Source: an uncultured Acidobacteriota bacterium (GTDB lineage: Bacteria > Acidobacteriota > Terriglobia > Acidiferrales > UBA7541). Taken from it: a stretch of DNA of 64,000 nucleotides. The position numbers and the translations under genes are program-made. The notes under the pieces are model-generated. The model saw only the letters and a program-made list of their open reading frames with translations. It searched no databases and was not told the DNA's origin. Of this stretch, positions 8,225 through 16,555 are shown piece after piece (position 1 is the stretch's first letter; each line of letters opens with the position of its first letter). The stretch covers positions 26,933-90,932 of the forward strand of contig CAVWOD010000006.1 of NCBI GenBank assembly GCA_963756355.1. Direction: 5' to 3'.

Positions 8225-8981
8225 TCACCCCTCGACGAGTTGCTGGCCGCCGTCGATGTCGTACGTTGCTCCGGTGACCGCTGTGTTCGTCATGAGATGG
8301 ATGGCGAGCGCCGCGATGTCCGCCGGGCCGACCACGCGCCGGATCGGCAGCGTTGTGCGGAGCTGCTCGCGACGCGCATCCAGCTGATCGCCGAGCAGCG
8401 ATGCCGACAGCGGCGTGTCGACGAAGCCAGCCGCGATGAGGTTGACGCGGACAGGTGCAAGCTCAAGAGCGAGCGCCTTGATGAGCGCGGGCATCGCGGC
8501 GGTGAACGCCGTGATGAGCACGCCCGAAGACGGCCGGCGACCGCCCGTTCCGCCGATGAACAGGAGCGTTCCGCCCGGCCGCACCTTGCCGATGGCGCGT
8601 CGAGCGATGTGGAGCGGCAGCCATAAGACTGGTCAACGTTGCGACGCGCCTCTACAAAGTCGATGTCAGCCAGCCGCGCGTAGTACGGGCTGCCTGCGGT
8701 GACCAAGACGTGGTCGATCGGCGTCGGCAACTCGTCGAAGAACCGATCGAGGCGCTCGAAGTCGGTGGCGTCGAACGCCGCACCGCTCAGCGCGCCGAGT
8801 TCGCGTGCGGCGTGCTCGAGCGCGTTCCGGGTTGCGGCCGGTGAGAATCAGCTTGGCACCCTCAGCCCGTGCTCGTCGAGCCGTTTCGAGGCCGATGCCA
8901 GAGCTGCCGCCGATCACGACGACCGTTTGCCCGAGGAGTTGCGATTCGCGCTGGATGGGCGAGGGCGGATGCGGTGCTCAT
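8225..8981 (-). pseudogene. Short-chain dehydrogenase/reductase, about 3 frameshifts
   Basis: ATG at 8981 follows GGAGG. The segments TVVVIGGSSGIGLETARRA.., PIDHVLVTAGSPYYARLADIDF.. and GGTLLFIGGTGGRRPSSGV...TGATYDIDGGQQL lie in three different frames. Confidence 0.7.
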
Positions 8982-9085
8982 AATTCCTCCGATCAGCATT
9001 CGGATACTGCGCCGTTGGCCAACGCCACTTGATCCACGGTGCTCGCCCGGCGAGCCGCGGCCGACGACGATCACGTCCTAGTCGT

Positions 9086-9714
9086 TCACTGCGGCAGCTC
9101 TTCGCCGGCCTGCTCGCGCACCATGTACTCGGCGTACCAGTCGGGCCAGTTCGGGTCGGCTTGCGCCGATCGCGCTTCTCGTGCTCGCCGTGGGCGGCCG
9201 CCGCACGCCGAAGCGCGCTCGCCAGATCGTTCGCCGACGCGAAGGTCGTCGTCGCGGGGTCGATGCGGCCGGGCAGCCGCGTCGTGATCTCCTGGAACAG
9301 CCAGCCGTTGCCGTCCGGATCGCTGAACGAGGCGAACGAGCGGTAGCTGCGATGCTCGGGATCCGGACCGCTGACCCGGAGCCGCCCAAACAGGTAGGGC
9401 TCGTCCGTGCCCGCGTACACGCCGGCGGCGTCGTGGAACACCTCGCTGATCTCGACGCCGCGATCGAGCAGCTCTTTGCGGGCGGCCTCGATGTCGGAGA
9501 CGATCAGGTACAGGCCCTGGGCGGAGCCGGGCGCCGCCGCGGTGACGTTCTTGCCGAAGATGACCGAGCACCCGGAGCCCGGCGGCGTGAACTGGATCAC
9601 GCGGAAGTCTTTACCGCTGTCGAAGTCGGCGTCGAGCCGCCACCCGAGCTTCGCGTAGAACTCCTTGGCGCGGTCGACATCCGAGACGGGGATGACGACG
9701 ATCTCGAACTTCAT
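9086..9714 (-). pseudogene. VOC/glyoxalase-family protein, one frameshift near 9165-9190
   Basis: MKFEIVVIPVSDVDRAKEFYAKLGWRLDADF...SFSDPDGNGWLFQEI is an intact two-VOC-repeat body. The conserved tail DPNWPDWYAEYMVREQAGEELPQ is in another frame (ORF 9086..9571). Confidence 0.7.
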
Positions 9715-10077
9715 GTCGACTGTCGCGACGCCCGCGTCGCTGGTCGGGTCATTCGTACGGACTGCGCTTGGTGCTCATGGCTGCCTCCTTCGTTGTGTGG
9801 GATGACCGTTGGGATTTCACCATTCCGTCGCGGACCACGCTACGTAGGTGGCGGCTCGGGCCGGCCGGGAGATCGATCATCGAGCCGCGGCTTGCCGCAG
9901 TTCGGTCGCGTCAGCCAGTGAAGGGAAAAAAGCTAGCACAATTGCTGGTCCCGTGCATTAAATTCCGGTAAATCGGGAGACCGGGCATCTACTTTCGATC
10001 ATGGGAAAGATTCAAAATGTCGGGCTCTTCCTCTTGGCGGCATCGGGGCCAATTTGTTTGCAGACAGGGTCACGCTG

Positions 10078-10616
10078 CTACATTTTCATTCCCTTCATCT
10101 CGCTCGACGGGGGGACCAGACCCTTCATGCGCAGGTACACCACCACGTTTCCGTAATGTCCCAGGTGTGCCACAAATTCCAGTTCAACATTTCAAAGCGG
10201 GTCTGGGTGCCCTTGCCAAACTTGACCATTTCCGCGCCTGAAGCATCCGTCAGCGCGTCGTATGCGCCATCGCAATACGCGAAAGCTTCCTTGAGCGCGG
10301 CGACCAATTCCGCTTTCTTCGAAAGTGTTTTTTCGATCTCGGTATACGACCCCTTCCGGGTCTCACCTTTGGCTGGAGCGCACAGGTTGTATTGGTCGTC
10401 GGCAACGTGCGCTACTTGTTGCGCGAAGATGCGCACGTCGGGAGACGGCTTGAATCCATACTCCGCTTCGGGCATCTTTTCGGCAGACCGGATGAAATAG
10501 TCTCTTACAGTTTTGTAATCTTTTTTAACATCCGAGCTCAGCGGATTGCTTTGAGCCCGCAACGTCGCTGGCTCAATCATTGCAAGCGCCAGTGCCAATA
10601 CTAAAATTCTCTTCAT
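10078..10616 (-). pseudogene. DinB-family protein with signal peptide, one frameshift near 10190
   Basis: ATG at 10616 follows GGAGG, with MKRILVLALALAM.... The C-terminal DinB signature LEFVAHLGHYGNVVVYLRMKGLVPP is readable only after a 1-nt shift. Confidence 0.65.
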
Positions 10617-10792
10617 GTCTGATCCCTCCGACACACCACACCGCTATTTAAGATTTGGACTCAGCTGCCCATAGTCGGTTAGCGGGGTTATTGGAAGCTC
10701 ATTCACATCAGGGAGCCAGTCCGAGTTGTGGCAAGGCGAAGCCACGATTAGAATGGCGCAGACACATGGCCAACCATCCAGCGCGGCAAGGG

Positions 10793-11544
10793 ATGCGCAT
10801 CGTTTCACTGGCACCGAGCGTGACTTCGATTTTGGTGTCGCTCGGCGCTGGAAAATTATTAGTAAGCGTGAGCAAATGGTGCGCGGATGTGGCGGAGGTG
10901 GGACGCCTGCCGCGCCTGGGAGATTGCTGGTCGCTCGATACCGGCGCGATAATGAAATTGCGGCCCGACGTGGTGATTGGCTCCGTGCCATTCAAAACGG
11001 GGGCCGTGGAGAAATTATTGGCGCTCCCTGTGGCGTTTGTGGCGATGAATCCGCGGCTGCTGGCTGACGTTTACTCTGATATCCGGCTGCTGGGAAGAAT
11101 TGCCGGGCGGGCTGCGGCTGCCGAAAAATTGATTCATCAGATGCGACGGGAATTTGCTGCGATTTCAGCAAAAGCCCGCCGCATGAAATCGCGTCCCAAG
11201 ATTTATTGTGAAGCCTGGCCGAATCCGCGAATCACTTCCCCGCCCTGGGTTCGCGAACTGGCCGCAATCGCCGGTGCGCGATGATGCTCGAACCTGGTTC
11301 ACGCGTGACCGACGAGCAAGTGGCGCAAGCGATGCCGGAGGTGATTGTGATCGCCTGGACCGCGACCGGCGACCGGCCATCGGCGCGCAAGACGCTCGAT
11401 AATCCGGCTTGGCAAAATGTCCCTGCGGTGAAAAATCGCCGTGTAGTTGTGTTGCGCGACGAATTATTGAACACGCCGGGCCCGCCGCTTGTTCACGGTG
11501 CAAAAGAATTATTTCGCGCGATTCATTTGAGTGGGGCGAAGTAA
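10793..11544 (+). pseudogene. BtuF-like periplasmic-binding-protein-fold (cobalamin/siderophore binding family) protein, one frameshift near 11280
   Basis: MRIVSLAPSVTSILVSLGAG...PDVVIGS (N-lobe) continues as MPEVIVIAWTATGD...NRRVVVLRDELLNTPGPPLV (C-lobe) in a different frame. No signal peptide is evident. Confidence 0.6.
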
Positions 11545-11632
11545 GGAAAGAAGCCACCCTCCCGACTGAATTCGCCGGGCGAGAAAGGGTGGCGCTACAC
11601 AAGATGTGGCTCACAGGAAGGGTGAGGGCGCA

Positions 11633-12037
11633 ATGCTGGTTGTGGTGGCGGGACTGATCGAACAGGAAGGCGCGCTGCTGGTCTGCCAGCGAAGCAAAAA
11701 CGGCACGTTCGCCCTGCAATGGGAATTTCCAGGCGGAAAAGTGCGTCCGGGCGAAGCGCTTCCAGCGGCACTGGCTCGCGAGTTGCACGAGGAACTGGGC
11801 GTCACCGCACTGATCGGCGCGGAACTCTTCCGCACGCGGCATCGCTACAAAGAGCTTTCCACTGAAATTGAGCTGGTGTTTTTTGCCGCGCAGGTGGATG
11901 CGAAGGCAATTCGCAATATCGTTTTCGAACAGATTCGGTGGGCTAAGCCGGCCGCGCTCCCGGCGATGGATTTTCTTCCGGCGGACCGGGAGTTGATCCT
12001 AAAACTGGCCAGCGGCGAGTTAGACCTTACGCAGTAG
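11633..12037 (+). CDS. NUDIX hydrolase (MutT-like)
   Basis: Nudix box WEFPGGKVRPGEALPAALARELHEELGV. Start placed at ATG 11633. Confidence 0.85.
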   Translation: MLVVVAGLIEQEGALLVCQRSKNGTFALQWEFPGGKVRPGEALPAALARELHEELGVTALIGAELFRTRHRYKELSTEIELVFFAAQVDAKAIRNIVFEQIRWAKPAALPAMDFLPADRELILKLASGELDLTQ

Positions 12038-12051
12038 CGCCTTCCGGAAGA

Positions 12052-12069
12052 GACCTGGGAACGCCATTC
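12052..12069. repeat. 18-nt exact direct repeat, copy 1 (GACCTGGGAACGCCATTC)
   Basis: An identical 18-mer recurs at 15088-15105. The two copies bracket the aceE reading frames. Confidence 0.8.
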
Positions 12070-12190
12070 GAGAGGTATGGTTTCAGTACTCCCATCCACA
12101 ATTAGTACCGCTCTCCGTTTGGCGCGCGTTGCGTTCAGTAGTATTCTATAGCGTGAAAAATAATCGAATGGTTGCCGCGGATGTCCCCAG

Positions 12191-14925
12191 GTGAGCGAGT
12201 CGGCCGACGGCAAAGGACAAACAGAGAACATGAGCGAGAGTGTGATTTCCCGGCCATCCGCGTCGGAAGAAATTGAAATCCAGGAGTGGGTTGAGTCTCT
12301 GGACGCGGTATTGAGGATCAGCGGCCGCGAGGAAGTAAGTCACATCCTGAAAAGGTTGCGCGAGTACGCTGCGAAACGCGGCGTGACCCTTCCCTTCACC
12401 GCGCAAACCCCCTATGTGAATACCATTTCGCTGAGCCAGCAGGCCATGTTTCCCGGCGACCAGGAAATCGAGCGGCGCATCAAGAGCCTGGCCCGCTGGA
12501 ACGCGCTGGCCATGGTGGTGCGCGCCAACCGCGTGGAGCACGGCATCGGCGGCCACATTTCCACCTATGGTTCGGCGGCGACGCTATACGAAGTTGGATT
12601 CAATCATTTCTTCCGCGGCGCGGACGAAGAGTTCGAAGGCGACACCGTCTATTTCCAGGGCCACGCCTCTCCCGGCGTCTACGCGCGGGCGTTTCTGGAA
12701 GGGCGCCTATCAGCGTCGAGCAATTGGAGAATTTCCGCCGCGAGCTGAAGCCCGGCGGCGGGCTTGTCTTCCTATCCGCATCCCTGGCTGATGCCGGATT
12801 TCTGGGAGTTTCCCACCGTATCGATGGGCCTGGGCCCGATCATGGCCATTTATCAGGCGCGCTTCAATCGCTACCTCGAAAATCGCGGCCTGAAACCGGT
12901 CACGGACGCAAAGTGTGGGCGTTCCTTGGCGACGGCGAAACGGACGAGCCGGAATCGCTGGGCGCGATCACTCTGGCGTCGCGCGAACAGCTCGACAATC
13001 TGATTTTCGTGATCAATTGCAATCTGCAGCGGCTCGACGGCCCGGTGCGCGGCAACGGCAAGATCATTCAGGAACTGGAAGCGGCGTTCCGCGGCGCGGG
13101 CTGGAACGTGATCAAAGTGCTCTGGGGCAGCGATTGGGATCCGCTGTTCGCAGAGGACACCGAAGGGCTGCTGGTCAAGCGGATGGGTGAAATGGTGGAC
13201 GGCGAATACCAGAAGCTGGTCGTGGAGTCGGGCGCGTACGTTCGCGAGCATGTTTTTCGGCATCGATCCGCGCCTGCTTGAAGATGGTCGAGCACCTTGC
13301 CCGACGAAACAGCTCCGCACGCTGCGGCTGGGCGGGCACGATCCGCGCAAGGTGTATGCGGCGTACAAAGCCGCGGTGGAGCATCAAGGGTTCGCCGACA
13401 GTGATTCTGGCGCGCACGATCAAGGGCTATGGCCTTGGCGAGAGCGGCGAGGGCCGCAACGTCACTCACCAGCAGAAGAAAATGAACGAAGACGAATTGC
13501 GGCAGTTCCGCTCGCGCTTCGGAATTCCCATGAGTGATGAGCAGATGGCGGAGACGCCCTTCTACCGCCCGCCGGAGGACAGCCCGGAGATTCAGTATCT
13601 GCGGGCGCGGCGCGAGGCCTTGGGCGGCTACGTTCCGACAGCGTACGGTGCGCTCCAAGCCCCTGGTGGCAGCCGGCCACGACGATCTGTTCCAGGAATT
13701 CCTCACAGGCAGCGAGGGCCGCGAAGTTTCCACCACCATGGCTTTCGTCGCGCATGCTGAGAAGATGCTGCGCGATCCGGAAATCGGCAAACTGGTCGTT
13801 CCGATCGTGCCGGATGAGGCGCGCACCTTCGGCATGGAATCGCTATTCCGCCAGGTGGGAATCTATTCGCAGCACGCGGCCAGCTTTATGAGCCGGTGGA
13901 TATTCATACACTTGCTTTATTACAAGGAAGCGAAGGACGGGCAAATTCTGGAAGAAGGCATCACCGAAGCGGGATCGATGTCGTCGTTCATCGCCGCCGG
14001 CTCGGCCTATGCGACGCACGGAATCAACACGATTCCCTTTTTCATTTTTTACTCCATGTTCGGCTTCCAGCGGATTGGCGACTTGATCTGGGCCGCCGCG
14101 GATATGCGCTGCCGCGGATTCCTGCTGGGCGGCACCGTCGGGCCGCACCACGCTGGCCGGGGAAGGATTGCAGCACCAGGACGGCAATAGCCACGTTCTG
14201 GCGCTTCCCGTTCCCAACCTGCTGGCTTACGATCCCGCGTTCGCCTACGAAGTTGCGAGTAATCATCCAGGACGGCATTCGCCGGATGTACAAGGAAAAC
14301 GAAAGCATCTTTTATTACATCACCGTGATGAATGAGCCGTACCCGATGCCCCCAATGCCCGACCGGTTGCAAGGACGGGATTCTGAAGGGCATGTACCGC
14401 TTCCGCGCTTCGGAAAATAAAAAATCGAAACTTCGCGCGCAGCTATTCGGCAGCGGCGCGATTTTGCGCGAAGCCCTGCAAGCGCAGGAAATGCTCGAGG
14501 AAAAATATCGGAGTGGCTGCGGACGTGTGGAGCGTGACCAGTTATAAGCAGCTTTACAACGACGGCTCGATACCGAGCGATGGAACATGCTCCATCCCGC
14601 TGAAAAACAGCGCGTTCCCTATGTGACGCAATGTCTGGCAGATGCTCCCGGTGTTCTGGTGGCCGCCTCGGATTATTTGAAGGCGCTGCCCAACGTGGTC
14701 AGCAAGTGGATGCCCCGCCGTCTATCCGCTTTGGGCACGGACGGCTTCGGCCGCAGCGAGAGCCGCGCTTCGTTGCGCAACTTCTTCGAAGTGGACTCGC
14801 GCTTTATCGCCTATTCCGCCCTGGTCGAATTGCTGCGCGAAGGGAAAATCGAAGCCTCCGTAGTGCAGAAGGCGATTCAGGAACTCGAGATCAATCTGGA
14901 AAAATCCAATCCCCGCACCTCCTAG
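12191..14925 (+). pseudogene. aceE: Pyruvate dehydrogenase E1 component (homodimeric AceE type), fragmented by about 14 frameshifts
   Basis: Conserved AceE blocks are spread over all three frames: GGHISTYGSAATLYEVGFNHFFRG; [32 protein letters not shown]; [20 protein letters not shown]; PTVILARTIKGYGLGE; STTMAFV...IVPDEARTFGME; LLYYKEAKDGQILEEGITEAG; [15 protein letters not shown]; LSALGTDGFGRSESR. Confidence 0.85.
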
Positions 14926-15087
14926 CCGGCAGGCGGCGAACGGTCGTGGCCGATTGCAGGGACGACGGTCGCCGCATCCTTTCCGGTTTCATTGGGAAGA
15001 GTGGGGTTCTTCGCATTGCGGTTTTACTTGCAAAAAATTCCCCGTTCCCATATCGCCCCGCCCAGCAGGGCAACGCGCCAGCGGGTT

Positions 15088-15105
15088 GACCTGGGAACGC
15101 CATTC
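15088..15105. repeat. 18-nt exact direct repeat, copy 2 (GACCTGGGAACGCCATTC)
   Basis: Identical to 12052-12069. Here its 3' half forms the left arm of an 8-bp hairpin, CGCCATTC-tcct-GAATGGCG. Confidence 0.8.
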
Positions 15106-15295
15106 TCCTGAATGGCGATTGACCAGGCGCCAATCGAGCGATCGTCCTTCCCCGGGGACCCTGTGAATGACGCTTCGTGATTCGCGCGTTTGGCGCGCCA
15201 CGCAGCCTATGCATCCCACCCCAACATCGAACATTGCCAGAGCGAATTAGTCAGTGACATAATCGCGCGCTACAAATATCCGCTGGGGGTCAATC

Positions 15296-15652
15296 ATGCT
15301 GGAAGTAAAATCGTGGGAAAAGATCGAAACCGAGAAGTTGAACTCGAAGATTGGAAGAAAAATGCTGACCGGCAAGAACGCCACCGTGGCGCAGATTCTG
15401 CTGGCGCGCGATGCTGTTGTTCCCCGCCACTCGCACGAAAACGAACAATTCACCTACATTCTTTCCGGCGCGCTGAAATTTACGTTCGACGATCAGGAAT
15501 CCGTGGTGGTTCACGGCGGCGAAGTGCTGTTTATTCCCTCGAATGTGCCCCATTCCGCTGTGGCCCTGGAAGATACCCTGGACCTCGATATTTTTGCGCC
15601 CCGCCGCGAAGATTGGATCAATAAGACCGATGCATACCTGCGCGGGGAGTGA
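15296..15652 (+). CDS. Cupin domain protein
   Basis: 118 aa with cupin motifs PRHSHENEQFTYILSG and GEVLFIPSNVPHSAVA. Confidence 0.8.
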   Translation: MLEVKSWEKIETEKLNSKIGRKMLTGKNATVAQILLARDAVVPRHSHENEQFTYILSGALKFTFDDQESVVVHGGEVLFIPSNVPHSAVALEDTLDLDIFAPRREDWINKTDAYLRGE

Positions 15653-15674
15653 TCGTCAATCGAGGAGCTGAACC

Positions 15675-16466
15675 ATGGACTTGGGATTGAACGGACGCGT
15701 TGCAATTGTCGCCGCGGCCAGCACGGGCCTGGGGCGAGCCGTGGCAATTGAATTCGCTCGGGAAGGCGCGGAAGTTGCCATCTGCGCCCGCCGCGCCGAA
15801 GAATTGGAAAAAGCCGCGTTAGAAATCCGGAAGGCAGGTGGATGCGAAGCGCTCCGCCAGGTCTGCGACGTCACCGATGATTCGGCTATCCACAAGTTCG
15901 TCGAAGCGGTGGAGAACAAATTTGGCCGGGTGGATATTTGCGTCACCAACGCCGGCGGCCCGCCCTCGAAAAAATTCCTCGAAACCACGAATGAAGAATG
16001 GCGCAGAGCGGTGGAGATGAATTTGATGAGCGCGGTTTCATTCGCGCGAGAGGTGCTTCCCCGCATGCGTAAGAATCACTGGGGACGCTTGATTACCATC
16101 ACTTCCATGTCCGTGAAGCAGCCCGTGGAGGGATTGATTCTGTCGAACTCCATTCGCGCCGCCGTCGCGGGGCTTGCCCGCACCTTGGCCAATGAATTCG
16201 GCGCCGACGGCATTACTGTGAATAACGTCTGCCCCGGCTATACCGCCACGGATCGGCTTAATGAACTGGCAGACAAGAGGGCCGCCACCGCAGGTCTCTC
16301 GCGCGAAAAGATTTTTGAACAAATGGCTCTGCAAATACCGCTGGGAAGAATTGCCAAACCGGAAGAATTCGCGGCCATGGTCACGTTCCTAGCGTCCGAA
16401 CGGGCCAGCTATATCACCGGTACCACGACTGCCGTGGACGGCGGCTGGGTGAAAAGCCTGCTGTAG
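15675..16466 (+). CDS. SDR-family oxidoreductase
   Basis: Cofactor-binding region VAAASTGLGRA, the NAGG motif and a C-terminal ITGTTTAVDGGW tail. Confidence 0.85.
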   Translation: MDLGLNGRVAIVAAASTGLGRAVAIEFAREGAEVAICARRAEELEKAALEIRKAGGCEALRQVCDVTDDSAIHKFVEAVENKFGRVDICVTNAGGPPSKKFLETTNEEWRRAVEMNLMSAVSFAREVLPRMRKNHWGRLITITSMSVKQPVEGLILSNSIRAAVAGLARTLANEFGADGITVNNVCPGYTATDRLNELADKRAATAGLSREKIFEQMALQIPLGRIAKPEEFAAMVTFLASERASYITGTTTAVDGGWVKSLL

Positions 16467-16491
16467 GCTCAGGCATCGGCGCAAAACAGAT

Positions 16492-16522
16492 CCGGCGCAG
16501 CCGTGGGGTGCGGCTGCGCCGG
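16492..16522. terminator. Bidirectional stem-loop between convergent genes
   Basis: Perfect 12-bp stem CCGGCGCAGCCG / CGGCTGCGCCGG with a 7-nt loop, between the stops at 16466 (+) and 16556 (-). There is no clear U-tract. Confidence 0.5.
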
Positions 16523-16555
16523 GTGGCTGAGAGGGCTAAGGCTAGGGCTGCTTGG

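Noticed and set aside
6400-9950. Calling the GC-rich block a genomic island or mobile element
   Set aside because: No integrase, transposase, tRNA junction or flanking direct repeats were found. The only shared 8-mer, GCTAGCAC, is consistent with chance. The block is reported only as compositionally atypical.
10634-10793. Possible cobalamin riboswitch upstream of the BtuF-like gene
   Set aside because: Only a vague AGCCAG fragment resembles the B12 box. The conserved core (GCCACTG / CCCGCAAC-type elements and multi-stem junction) is not recognisable, and the gap of about 160 nt is too short.
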